64,000 nucleotides of DNA from Acutalibacteraceae bacterium (GTDB lineage Bacteria; Bacillota; Clostridia; Oscillospirales; Acutalibacteraceae): positions 833-64,832 of the forward strand of contig JAZUEK010000037.1 of the NCBI GenBank assembly GCA_045640165.1, read 5' to 3'. Under the pieces are notes generated by a model. It worked only from the letters and a program-made list of their open reading frames with translations, ran no database searches and had not been told where the DNA came from. Positions 39,773 through 49,080 of the stretch are shown piece after piece (position 1 is the first letter of the stretch; every line of letters begins with the position of its first letter). Both the position numbers and the translations under genes were made by a program.

Positions 39773-40518
39773 TGTGCGCTCACCTCCTCGCCGGAAACCT
39801 CATCCGCAGCCGGTTCTTCCTCTGGCGGAATTGCCACCTGCAGCGCAATATTCGCGGTCAACACTTTCTCCGTGCCGGCCAACAGGTTGCCCGCTTTATC
39901 TTTGTTGGTAACCGCCGTTTGCAGATCCACGTTAGTGACCAACTCGTTGTCACTCAAATCCTGGGCGAGCTGACCGACCTGTTCCAAAGTAACGTCATAG
40001 AAACTGATATTGATGGAGTTACCGTTGATACTAATGCTCTGCATCTCGGCCACGTTAAAGAGATGCTCATCCAACATATCAATCAGTTGAATACGGTCAA
40101 CAAGTTTAAGCTCTTCGTCCGACAAGAACGCTTTGAAATAGTGGCTGAACTTCTCGAACACCGCTTCATAACGAGCAAGCAACTGTTTGTTCTGCTCAAG
40201 TTCTTGTTGCGCCGCAACATACTCTTCCTCGGCGGCCTTTTTCTTGTTGTACTGGTCGAGAACACCGAACTTCGCAAACACCGCCAAAATAACCACCAAC
40301 AGCACAATCAGCACGATGTCGGTCGTTTTGGAATTTTCGCCTTTTTCCAAAATCACCAAGTTCATGGTTTTTTTGTTCGGGATTCCGGAACCGGTCTTCT
40401 TTTTGCCGAGGTCTTTCAGGAAGTCAAGACTGATATCCATGCTTAAACCTTTGCCACCGCCGCCTTCTACGGCTTCGGGGGCTTCTTTAACTTTCTTTTC
40501 TTTCTTCTCTTTAGCCAT
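39769..40518 (-). CDS. pilN: PilN-like type IV pilus assembly protein
   Basis: 249 aa. The cytoplasmic tail has an INLLP-like MNLVIL motif. It also has a TM helix and a coiled coil. It lies directly after pilM. Confidence 0.6.
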   Translation of the reverse strand: MAKEKKEKKVKEAPEAVEGGGGKGLSMDISLDFLKDLGKKKTGSGIPNKKTMNLVILEKGENSKTTDIVLIVLLVVILAVFAKFGVLDQYNKKKAAEEEYVAAQQELEQNKQLLARYEAVFEKFSHYFKAFLSDEELKLVDRIQLIDMLDEHLFNVAEMQSISINGNSINISFYDVTLEQVGQLAQDLSDNELVTNVDLQTAVTNKDKAGNLLAGTEKVLTANIALQVAIPPEEEPAADEVSGEEVSAQ

Positions 40519-40533
40519 CTGTGACTCCCCTCC

Positions 40534-41511
40534 TTACTGTAACGTAGCGCCGAGCGACAGCGCGCAGCGCGTCGCATACGGATTTTGGAACTTCTCGGGG
40601 AGCAGGTCGTTGACACTGCGCGCCGTAAGGCCCGTGGTTTCGGTAATCACGCGGAGAAGCGGCTGAATTTCAGAACCGCCGCCGGCATAGTAGATATGCT
40701 GCGCGTTTTCCGCGTTGCTCGTAAAGCCGTAGAAGTTAAGCGCTTTCATGATCTCAAACGCGATGTGGTTGTACACCTCTTCGCACTGCGGTTGATCGAG
40801 CGCAGAGTTGTGGTTCGTCTCTTTGTAGGCGCTCGCCACGTACACGTCCACGTCCATCGCTTCGGCGATCGCCATATCAATGGCGGTGCAACCCACGTCG
40901 ATGAGCTTAGTCGCCTCATGCTGGGTGCCTTTATAGAAATACGCGTGGGTGGACAAATGGCCGATATCCACAATGCAGTAGTCGTTTTTGCCCTCGGCAA
41001 TTTCCGGATTCTGCATCAGCAGGTTGCGATAGGCCATCTCCTGCGGAATCGCCGTAGTCAATTTCAGACCCGCGCTTTGCATCATCAGCGAGTTTTCCAC
41101 CACCGTGGTTTTAAGCACCGCCGCAGCGGTCGTCTCAATACCCATCGGGGCGCCCGACTCGTCTTTCGGCACGTCATCCACCAAATAATCGTAGAAATAA
41201 CGATCGCTCTCGCCGGACAGATAGTCACGCATCTCGTACGGCAAGTTGATGCGCAGACGTTCCTCTTCCATTACCGGAAAATGAATATGCCGGCAGAACA
41301 CCTGCGACGGCGGCAAAATCAGCGAGCAGTCGCCGCCCGGCAATTTGTATTTTTTGCGAATGTTTTTAATAAACTCCGCCATTGCATCCTGCAACTGCAC
41401 AACACCGTCTTTGACCAAGTTGGTCGGCAGTTTTTCACTCACCATACGAATGGTGTCACCTTTGCGGGCTGTGATCTTAATCTCGTTATTTCCGATGTCG
41501 ATCCCTAACAT
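40534..41511 (-). CDS. pilM: PilM, actin-like type IV pilus assembly ATPase-fold protein
   Basis: 325 aa. Shows LGIDIGNNEIKI, CIVDIGHLSTH and YAGGGSEI, consistent with an ASKHA fold. Confidence 0.8.
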   Translation of the reverse strand: MLGIDIGNNEIKITARKGDTIRMVSEKLPTNLVKDGVVQLQDAMAEFIKNIRKKYKLPGGDCSLILPPSQVFCRHIHFPVMEEERLRINLPYEMRDYLSGESDRYFYDYLVDDVPKDESGAPMGIETTAAAVLKTTVVENSLMMQSAGLKLTTAIPQEMAYRNLLMQNPEIAEGKNDYCIVDIGHLSTHAYFYKGTQHEATKLIDVGCTAIDMAIAEAMDVDVYVASAYKETNHNSALDQPQCEEVYNHIAFEIMKALNFYGFTSNAENAQHIYYAGGGSEIQPLLRVITETTGLTARSVNDLLPEKFQNPYATRCALSLGATLQ

Positions 41512-41584
41512 CCCGTTTCCTCCCTTATAACCCTAAATTTTTTGTGAATATATCTATCACACCGAATTGGTGGGATATTTGAAC

Positions 41585-42502
41585 TTAAATCGAGAACAAA
41601 CTCTGATACCAGTCGGCGACAAAACTTCCGACGAACATCGCCACCCACGTTCCTGCCGCAATAGACGGACCGAACGGAATGAGTTTTTGTTCTTCTTTAG
41701 CTTCAATCGCCTCTAAAATTTCCTCCGTCGAGGCGGAGGCATCCGGAATTTCGATGGGCTCTGCGTCTTTTTGACGGGCGTTGTTGACGATACCGAAAAT
41801 CATGCCAAACACACACGCCACAATCATAATGAACAGACTGACTTGCCAACGGAAATACAATCCGATCATAAAGATCATCTTGATGTCGCCGCCGCCCATC
41901 GTTTCCTTGTCCATCACCTTATCGGCGATGATCACCAAAAGATACAGCGGAAGCGCCACAGCGAAGCCACCGATTACCGTGTTCAAAAGGTCTTTCCACA
42001 GTGTGCCCTCGTAGATGCCCGACGCAATGACGAACACCAAACGACCGGCAATACCGGCGATGATCAGACGATCCGGCACTAAGTAATCCTCCAAGTCGGC
42101 AAACGAGATGCACAAGAGGATCGCCGCCAAAAACGCCGCTTCCACCGCCCAGAGGGTAAAGCCAAAGCCGACGAGAATGGAAACAAACACCGCTGCGGAC
42201 AAAATTTCCGCCAGCAGATACCGAAACGCGATCTTCTGACCGCAATAGCGGCATTTGCCGCCAAGGAACAGATAACTAAACAGCGGAATCAAATCCCAAA
42301 AGCCGAGCGGATGATCGCATTTGGCGCAGTGGGAACGGCCGTGAAGCACCGACTCCTCGTGCACAATACGCCATGCCGCACAGTTGAGAAAACTGCCCAT
42401 ACAAAGGCCGAACAGCGCCACGATGCAAAGAATATAAATATACGTCCCCGTACTGTCTTTGAGATAGTTGAGATTTCCGAGGGTTTCAAAAACAGGAAGC
42501 AC
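41585..42502 (-). CDS. pilD: Prepilin peptidase / N-methyltransferase (A24 family)
   Basis: 305 aa with a GTG start. Shows Cys pairs CAKC...CRYC and the catalytic Asp regions ADLED and GGGDIKM. Confidence 0.9.
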   Translation of the reverse strand: MLPVFETLGNLNYLKDSTGTYIYILCIVALFGLCMGSFLNCAAWRIVHEESVLHGRSHCAKCDHPLGFWDLIPLFSYLFLGGKCRYCGQKIAFRYLLAEILSAAVFVSILVGFGFTLWAVEAAFLAAILLCISFADLEDYLVPDRLIIAGIAGRLVFVIASGIYEGTLWKDLLNTVIGGFAVALPLYLLVIIADKVMDKETMGGGDIKMIFMIGLYFRWQVSLFIMIVACVFGMIFGIVNNARQKDAEPIEIPDASASTEEILEAIEAKEEQKLIPFGPSIAAGTWVAMFVGSFVADWYQSLFSI

Positions 42503-42567
42503 CTGCCATCACTCCTTTAAGTGGATTACCGGGAGAGGAGAACTCCCCCCCTCCCGGGGATTGGTTC

Positions 42568-42741
42568 TTACGCATCCACGCCGTCGTACATGGCGAACAT
42601 CGGCAGGTACACGGACAACAGAACGAAGCAGACGAACACGGCGAGGAACACGATCATAATCGGTTCGATAAGCGCGGTCGCTTTGGTGGTCGCGAGGTCC
42701 ACCTCGTTATCGTAATATTCAGCGGTAATGCCGAGGGTGGT
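42568..42741 (-). other. In-frame continuation of pilC after the internal TAA (last conserved segment and final TM helix)
   Basis: Own translation: TTLGITAEYYDNEVDLATTKATALIEPIMIVFLAVFVCFVLLSVYLPMFAMYDGVDA-TAA. This is the canonical GspF/PilC C-terminus. Confidence 0.8.
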
Positions 42742-43776
42742 TTACAGAGAACCGGTTTCCTCAGCGACGGCGGTCATTTCTTTAAGCAAATCGGGGAAAT
42801 ACTCGATATCGCGCATACAGTCACCGAGACGGCGACCGGCTTCGATACCGGCGTTCATCTCCAGTACCGCGCGGCTGACCACGTAGTTACCGATAACCTT
42901 ACCGGTAACGTTGATAGCCTCCACAACGGTCAGACCGGCAGAGAACATGTTAACGAAGGTATTCGCAAACTGGCTGGCGCAACTCATACTGTTCACCTTG
43001 CCGAGCACCGGCATATTCAGCATGAAGATGGCAATTTTCTCGCGTCCCACGTCGGTACGGGCAAAAATACGGTAAATCAAAATGATTGCCGCAATAATAC
43101 CGGCCAACAGTATAAAGTGTTTGGTCATAAACTCAGACATCGCGATAAGGAGTTTCGTCGGAAGCGGCAACTCACCGCCCTGGCTTTCGAACGTTTCCTT
43201 AAACATAGGAACCGCGACCACCATGATGATGACGATAACGACGACGGAAACCACGCCGACGAATGCCGGGTAGGTCAAAGCGGATTTGACCTTACCTTTA
43301 GTCTTGGCGGATTTGTCGTAGAAGACTTCCATACGCTTAAAGGACTGCTCCAAGTTACCGGATTTTTCACCGGCGCGCACCGTTTCAATAAAGGTAACGG
43401 GGAGCGTCGCGCCGCGGTCTTGGAAACTGTCGGACAACGAGTGACCGGCGGCCACGTCGTGGGCAACCTCGGTCAACAAGAGTTTCAAGTCTTTGTTCTC
43501 GGTTTGGTTGGCAACCAGTTCCACGGTACGCACCAGCGGCAAACCGGAAGACAAGATGATACCGAACTGGCTGCACACAAGGGACAGCTCTTTTTCGGAG
43601 ATTTTTTTCGGGCCAAGGAACGAACCACCCGTTTTTTTCTTAGCCTCGGAAATTTTGGTGACAACGCCACCCTGTTCACGAATTTTGGCGATTGCGTCCA
43701 AGCGATCGTACGCTTCGATAACGCCGGTCATTTTACCGCCGCTGGACGACTGGGCCTCATACTTGAATGTTGTCAA
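42742..43776 (-). CDS. pilC: Type IV pilus platform protein PilC (GspF family), closed by an in-frame TAA 57 codons before the family-typical end
   Basis: 344 aa. GspF repeats are present and the protein ends ...LKEMTAVAEETGSL-TAA. Together with 42568-42741 the frame is 403 codons, counting the internal and terminal stops, which is the usual PilC size. Confidence 0.85.
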   Translation of the reverse strand: MTTFKYEAQSSSGGKMTGVIEAYDRLDAIAKIREQGGVVTKISEAKKKTGGSFLGPKKISEKELSLVCSQFGIILSSGLPLVRTVELVANQTENKDLKLLLTEVAHDVAAGHSLSDSFQDRGATLPVTFIETVRAGEKSGNLEQSFKRMEVFYDKSAKTKGKVKSALTYPAFVGVVSVVVIVIIMVVAVPMFKETFESQGGELPLPTKLLIAMSEFMTKHFILLAGIIAAIILIYRIFARTDVGREKIAIFMLNMPVLGKVNSMSCASQFANTFVNMFSAGLTVVEAINVTGKVIGNYVVSRAVLEMNAGIEAGRRLGDCMRDIEYFPDLLKEMTAVAEETGSL

Positions 43777-44849
43777 AACGCCATGCTCCTTCCTTGAGTC
43801 ATCAGTTGTTTTTTCACGTACTCGCGGTCCATAGCGGCGCCGATGGCGTCTTGGTGCGAGATCAGTTTACGAAGTGCCAATTGCGCCAACGCGTTATCCA
43901 TCGTCACGCTGCCTTCATGAGCAGACGTTGCGATGGTGTTGGCAATCTGCGGCGTTTTGGCCTCACGAATGAGGTTGCGGATAGCGGAGTTCACAATCAT
44001 GACCTCCACCGCCGCCACACGACCTTTACCGCTTAAGTGCGGCAAGAGCTGCTGGCTGACGACCGCTTGCAGTGTCTGGGACAACTGCAAACGAATCTGG
44101 TTCTGACGGGCTTCGGGGAACACGTCCACAAGACGGTCAATGGAGTCCGCGCAAGAGTTGGTGTGAAGCGTACCGAACACCAAGTGTCCGGTCTCGGCGG
44201 CGGTCAAAGCGGTTTCGACCGTCTCCGGGTCACGCATCTCACCGATCAGGATAACGTCCGGGTCTTCACGAAGAGAGGCGCGAAGACCTTCGGCGTAACT
44301 GACAGTGTCCACGCCGATTTGGCGCTGACTGATATAACACTTGTCCTCTTCATAGAGGTACTCAATCGGGTCTTCGAGCGTCACGATATGTTTCGGATAG
44401 TTATGGTTAATGGTATTGATAATGGACGCGAGCGTCGTGGATTTACCGGCGCCGGTCTCACCGGTCACGATAACGATACCGCGTTCCAAATCCGGGAACT
44501 TGTGAATTGCCGGAGGCAAACGCAGTTTTTCCATATCCGGGATATCGTCGTTCAAAAGACGAAGTGCCACTGCCGGCTCGTGCTGGCGGCGGAACAAGTG
44601 GACACGGCAACGGCGGCCTTTGTACGACCAACCTTCGTCCACCTCACCGATTTTACGCATCGTATCGTATTTCGTCTCGGACGAAAGTTCGATACAAATC
44701 GCTTCCACTTCTTCGTGGGACATAATGTAGTTGCCCATCGGCACCAACTTGCCGTCCACACGGATGCGCACCGGGCCGCCGGGGGCGATATGAATATCGG
44801 AAGCGCGCTGCGGAACCGCAGCATCCATAATTTGACCAATCGTAACCAT
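43773..44849 (-). CDS. pilT: Twitching-motility retraction ATPase PilT
   Basis: 358 aa. Shows the Walker A motif GETGAGKSTT, the Asp box, the His box GHLVFGTLHT, and an AIRNLIRE helix. Confidence 0.9.
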   Translation of the reverse strand: MVTIGQIMDAAVPQRASDIHIAPGGPVRIRVDGKLVPMGNYIMSHEEVEAICIELSSETKYDTMRKIGEVDEGWSYKGRRCRVHLFRRQHEPAVALRLLNDDIPDMEKLRLPPAIHKFPDLERGIVIVTGETGAGKSTTLASIINTINHNYPKHIVTLEDPIEYLYEEDKCYISQRQIGVDTVSYAEGLRASLREDPDVILIGEMRDPETVETALTAAETGHLVFGTLHTNSCADSIDRLVDVFPEARQNQIRLQLSQTLQAVVSQQLLPHLSGKGRVAAVEVMIVNSAIRNLIREAKTPQIANTIATSAHEGSVTMDNALAQLALRKLISHQDAIGAAMDREYVKKQLMTQGRSMAF

Positions 44850-44866
44850 AGCGTTTCTCCTTTATG

Positions 44867-46564
44867 TTATCCGACGGTGTTGACCGTACGAATCAATTCT
44901 GACAAAGTGGACGTTCCTTCATACACCACGCGCAAGCAGTCGTCGCGCAGGGTGCGGAAACCGTCCGCCTCCAAAGCGGCGTCCAAATCGGCACGGCTAC
45001 CGCTTTCAGCGATCACGCGCTGGACTCTCTGAGAGAACATCATGATCTCGAACACGGCAATACGTCCGCGATAGCCGCTCTCGTGGCAATCCGGGCAACC
45101 TTTGCCGCGGTAGAACACGTGCTGATTGGCTTCTTCACGGGTCAAACCGGACTTACGCAACTCTTCGTCGTCCGGAATATATTCTTCTTTGCAGCGCGGG
45201 CAGATACGACGCACCAGACGCTGAGAGATAACACCGCGCATGGCGCTGTGAATCAGGAAGCGCGGCGTACCCATATCGAGCAAACGGTCGACCGTGGACG
45301 GCGCATCGTTGGTATGGAGGGTCGAGATAACCAAGTGACCGGTAATAGCGGAACGCATGGCGATCTCGGAGGTCTCGCCGTCACGAATTTCACCGACGGA
45401 GATGATATCCGGGTCCTGACGCAAGATAGAACGAAGACCGTTGGCAAAGGTCATACCGGTTTTCTCGTTAATCTGCACCTGGTTGACGCCGTCGATATTG
45501 TACTCAACCGGGTCCTCCAAGGTGACCAAGTTGACGTCTTCTTGGTTCAAGCGAGTCATAATGGCGGTCATCGTGGACGATTTACCGGAACCGGTCGGGC
45601 CCACGATCAAAATAACACCGTTGCTGTTGGAAATCAAATTGACAACCTTATCTTGGTTGTCGCCGGTCAGTCCAACGCCTTCAAAGTTGAGCATTTCGGT
45701 GCTCTTACGCAACAAACGAATAACGATTTTCTCACCGTAAATGGTCGGCAGAGAAGAAATACGAAGGTCAATGTCCTGACCGCGAGCACGGACGTTCGCA
45801 CGACCGTCCTGCGGAATACGACGCTCGGCGATGTCCATCGAGCCGATAATCTTAATACGCGAAATAACCGCCGATTGCGATTTTTTCGGCACCGATAAGA
45901 TTTGACGAAGCACACCGTCGGTACGCAGACGAACGGTCAGCTCGGTCTCACGCGGCTCGATGTGAATATCACTGGCGTTTTCGTTAACGGCACGCTCAAT
46001 GATAGAGTTCACAAGACGGATAATCGGGGCGGCCTCTTCGTCGTCGCTATCGATTTGGTGGCTCTGCACGCCGCCCTCAGCGGCACGGCTGTCGCCCTCC
46101 TCCATCTGCAGTTCTTCGAGCGCCTGGTTGGCGTTGTCCGCACCATAGAGGTTAATCAGCATCCGCTCGGTCGCGCTACTGGTCGCAATGAGCGGAACAA
46201 TGTTCATCTGGGTGGCGGCTTTGGCTTCATCGAGCGCCACGAAGTCGAGCGGGTCGACCATGGCGAGGTACAGGGTGTTGTCCACCGCACGCACCGGCAC
46301 GACGAAGTGTTCACGCGCCAATTTCTTAGGAACCAAGTCGGCAAGCGCCGGGTTGGGCATCTCAGACGAGAGGTCCACGAAATCCACATGCAACTGCACG
46401 CGCAGCGCGTCAATCAAATCCTCCTCGGTGATAATTCCTGCTTTCACAAGCACCATACCAAGACGCTGACCGGTTTCTTTCTGGAATTCCAGCGCCTGAC
46501 GGAGCTGTTCTTCGTTGATTTTGTTCGCCTCAAGCAGCATATCGCCGAGTCGTTTGTAAGCCAT
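44867..46564 (-). CDS. pilB: Type IV pilus assembly ATPase PilB (GspE family)
   Basis: 565 aa. It has an N-terminal GSPII-type domain, the Walker A motif GPTGSGKSST, and a tetracysteine motif CPRC...CPDC. Confidence 0.92.
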   Translation of the reverse strand: MAYKRLGDMLLEANKINEEQLRQALEFQKETGQRLGMVLVKAGIITEEDLIDALRVQLHVDFVDLSSEMPNPALADLVPKKLAREHFVVPVRAVDNTLYLAMVDPLDFVALDEAKAATQMNIVPLIATSSATERMLINLYGADNANQALEELQMEEGDSRAAEGGVQSHQIDSDDEEAAPIIRLVNSIIERAVNENASDIHIEPRETELTVRLRTDGVLRQILSVPKKSQSAVISRIKIIGSMDIAERRIPQDGRANVRARGQDIDLRISSLPTIYGEKIVIRLLRKSTEMLNFEGVGLTGDNQDKVVNLISNSNGVILIVGPTGSGKSSTMTAIMTRLNQEDVNLVTLEDPVEYNIDGVNQVQINEKTGMTFANGLRSILRQDPDIISVGEIRDGETSEIAMRSAITGHLVISTLHTNDAPSTVDRLLDMGTPRFLIHSAMRGVISQRLVRRICPRCKEEYIPDDEELRKSGLTREEANQHVFYRGKGCPDCHESGYRGRIAVFEIMMFSQRVQRVIAESGSRADLDAALEADGFRTLRDDCLRVVYEGTSTLSELIRTVNTVG

Positions 46565-46628
46565 ATGTGTATTCCTCCTAAAGTTAATGCAAAATAATCA
46601 ATTCAAGGGAGCGTAACTCTTTCAACAA

Positions 46629-47354
46629 TCAGGGAGTCGACGTCTCCGGAACAGACACGGTCGATGTCGTTGCTTCAGCATTTGCCGGGCGGAAACTAAC
46701 TTCCACATCTTTTGTCATCGGTTTGGTGCCCGACGGCTCTGAAATCGTATAGGTAAGAGTAAACACACCGTCATCAAAAGCAACGTCAAAATCCTTTATA
46801 ATCAGCGTCGTATACACACCGTGACTAACAAGGAAGTGCGGCTTCAAGTTGTCATACTCAACCAACTTGCGCGTGTCGCCCTCTTTGGTGTATTCCTGGA
46901 ACTTCATCGCCAAACGATCTACGTATTTCGGTTCCGCCGTTGTGCCGACATTATACGGCTCCATCAGCAAAACGCCGCTTACAATACCATAATCATTGTT
47001 GGTAATAAAGCACGTGCCGCCATCCATCGTCAATTCGTTCTGGGTAACAAGCGCATTCTCCAACGTGGCAATTTGCTTCGGCAATCCTTCTTCCAAAGCA
47101 GTAACGTCTTTCTCCGTATACGGTTCAATCTCCGCATAGCGAAGCACGTCTTGCACCGCCGTATTGATGGTAGAAGCCAAAATATCACTTTCAGCAACAA
47201 ACGTGGCCTCACGCTGTACGCGCGCACCTACCGAAGCGCCCACCGACATCATCAAAGACATCATAACCACAACAAGGAGAGCTGCGAGCATTTCGACAAG
47301 CGTAAAACCTTTATTGGAATGTAATTTTTTGCGTAACTTCTTCAAAATACGCAT
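46629..47354 (-). CDS. Pilin-like protein with canonical prepilin N-terminus (minor pilin candidate)
   Basis: 241 aa from MRILKKLRKKLHSNKG|FTLVEMLAALLVVVMM. G is at -1, F at +1 and E at +5. A GGGGAGG RBS lies 8 nt upstream. Confidence 0.8.
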   Translation of the reverse strand: MRILKKLRKKLHSNKGFTLVEMLAALLVVVMMSLMMSVGASVGARVQREATFVAESDILASTINTAVQDVLRYAEIEPYTEKDVTALEEGLPKQIATLENALVTQNELTMDGGTCFITNNDYGIVSGVLLMEPYNVGTTAEPKYVDRLAMKFQEYTKEGDTRKLVEYDNLKPHFLVSHGVYTTLIIKDFDVAFDDGVFTLTYTISEPSGTKPMTKDVEVSFRPANAEATTSTVSVPETSTP

Positions 47355-47371
47355 ACCGCATACCTCCCCTT

Positions 47372-47776
47372 TTAGGATTCCGGACAAAGAATATAGGTGC
47401 TGTAATCACCGTATTGTATCTCCGTCTCTTCATCGCTGATATTGCAATCCGTATAAGAAACGGCTATTTCTTTGGTATCTTTGACCGTTTTCTCATCCTC
47501 CGGCGTTTCCGGTTGATTGAAAAGAATCACCTTCACTTTGCCGTCGGACGCATCGCCGGCCGTTCCCGATAAAATGCTCATGCATTTTTGGTTGCGTGTA
47601 TCACGCTCGCGCGCTTGGCGGTTCAACTCCATTGCCGTTGTCGTTGCACCGGCAAGCAAAATGCTGGCAAACGTGGCAATCAAAATAGCAAACAAAGTTT
47701 CCACAAGCGTCTCGCCTGCGCGGCTTTTTAATTTCTTCAGCATTACTTTTTTCATACTCTCTCGCCGCCCTCTCAT
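47372..47776 (-). CDS. Small pilin-like protein with atypical processing site
   Basis: 134 aa: ...KKLKSRAG|ETLVETLFAILIATFASILLAG. G-1 and E+5 are present but +1 is Glu. Its start overlaps the upstream stop (ATGA). Confidence 0.6.
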   Translation of the reverse strand: MRGRRESMKKVMLKKLKSRAGETLVETLFAILIATFASILLAGATTTAMELNRQARERDTRNQKCMSILSGTAGDASDGKVKVILFNQPETPEDEKTVKDTKEIAVSYTDCNISDEETEIQYGDYSTYILCPES

Positions 47777-48855
47777 GAACCGCTTACATCACTGGCCACC
47801 GTCGAAGACTCCTCATCGGATTGTATCGGTTTCAATCCTTTCGAAATCTCAATATCATCGGTGTACCATGTCAAATACGTATCTACCACCGTGGTGCGCT
47901 TAATATGCTGAGCACCATCCCCACCAATAGGACAAGTTTCTTCAATCGGTTCGGACGAATAACCGGCAGGTGTCAACGATTCAAAGGAAGAGTGCGCCGT
48001 CAACGTCGCCGAGTACGTCGAAGAAAACCGAGAATCCACCGACATTCTGAAGGTAAGATTGGCCTTTTCATCCGTCGTCATCGTAACGTGAACCGTAGGA
48101 AGATTTTTAAGATGCAACGCATCATCATCGTCCGGCACAATGTCAAAAGAATACTCTAAATCATTAAATTTAAACGGAACAGCCCCATCGGTTACTTTCG
48201 CAAAAGCATCAATAAATGCTTTCAACGAATCCGTTGCCGTCATCACGCCGTTACGCGGATCAAATTTGCGAATACCCTCATCGCTCAACCGCTTGCTCAT
48301 GGCATACATAGCCACTTCTTCCAACGGTGCTTTCAAAAACACCGTATCATTATCCCCCACGCAGTTGAGGCCAAACGAAGCAAACGAACCCGTAGCCGGA
48401 GTAAAGTTGATAACGCCAGTCGTGCCGTTCACCACCACAGCCGGGCTATCGCTAACCAAACCGCCGGCATCGGTCCACAAACCGAAATAGTTGTGAGCCG
48501 ATGGGCAATCGCACAGCGAATACGAAATTTTCTCATCGCGCAAATGGAAGCCACCGATAGCACGCGCTGTCACACCGTCTACGTTTGTAATCTCTTTACG
48601 GTTATCCACGCGGTTCGCTCCGTTGATTTGGCCGAACATATCTTTAATGAGGTTTTGCGCCGATTGAATGGCGAAAAACGAGCGTTGCTCCTCTTTTTGC
48701 GCCAACGCACGCGAGGCGTTAACCGAAGCGGATGCCATCACGACGGATGCCACAAAAAAGCACATCAGAAAGAACGCCAGCGCCAACAAAATGGATGCAC
48801 CGGTGTTGCTCTTTAATTTTTTCGTGAATCTTTTCGTGAACGAGTTTGTTTTCAC
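47773..48855 (-). CDS. Large pilin-like protein lacking Glu+5 (GspK/PilX-like minor pilin candidate)
   Basis: 360 aa from the GTG at 48855 (AAAGGAGG RBS 7 nt upstream): VKTNSFTKRFTKKLKSNTG|ASILLALAFFLMCFFVASVVMA. The track's TTG start at 48972 has no RBS. Confidence 0.5.
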   Translation of the reverse strand: MKTNSFTKRFTKKLKSNTGASILLALAFFLMCFFVASVVMASASVNASRALAQKEEQRSFFAIQSAQNLIKDMFGQINGANRVDNRKEITNVDGVTARAIGGFHLRDEKISYSLCDCPSAHNYFGLWTDAGGLVSDSPAVVVNGTTGVINFTPATGSFASFGLNCVGDNDTVFLKAPLEEVAMYAMSKRLSDEGIRKFDPRNGVMTATDSLKAFIDAFAKVTDGAVPFKFNDLEYSFDIVPDDDDALHLKNLPTVHVTMTTDEKANLTFRMSVDSRFSSTYSATLTAHSSFESLTPAGYSSEPIEETCPIGGDGAQHIKRTTVVDTYLTWYTDDIEISKGLKPIQSDEESSTVASDVSGS

Positions 48856-48996
48856 AAAAAAGCCTCCTTTTCGCCGAAAGCGGCGGAGTTTTTCAAAAAA
48901 GTATCGTGTTTTTTCCAAAACAGATTGTCTTTTCAGGGATCTTGCCGAAACAGTTTCAGTAAAATCCGTCAAAAGACACGTCTGACACAGCGTTTT

Positions 48997-49052
48997 CGTT
49001 AAAACGCAAAAGGGAACTCTCTCCCCGCCCGCCCAAGCGGGCGGGGAGAGAG
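48997..49052 (-). terminator. Very strong hairpin plus T-tract immediately after the giant pilin gene
   Basis: Minus strand reads CTCTCTCCCCGCCCGCttggGCGGGCGGGGAGAGAG, a 16-bp perfect stem, followed by TTCCCTTTTGCGTTTT. Confidence 0.65.
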
Positions 49053-49080
49053 TATTTGCTATGGGGTTAGTTCGCGGGGG

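Noticed and set aside
42529-42559. GC-rich hairpin (CCGGGAG...CTCCCGG, with a C7 run) between pilC and pilD, considered as an internal terminator or phase-variable tract
   Set aside because: No T-tract follows on the transcribed strand. The homopolymer is intergenic, so length changes would not shift a reading frame. At most it is an mRNA-stability element.
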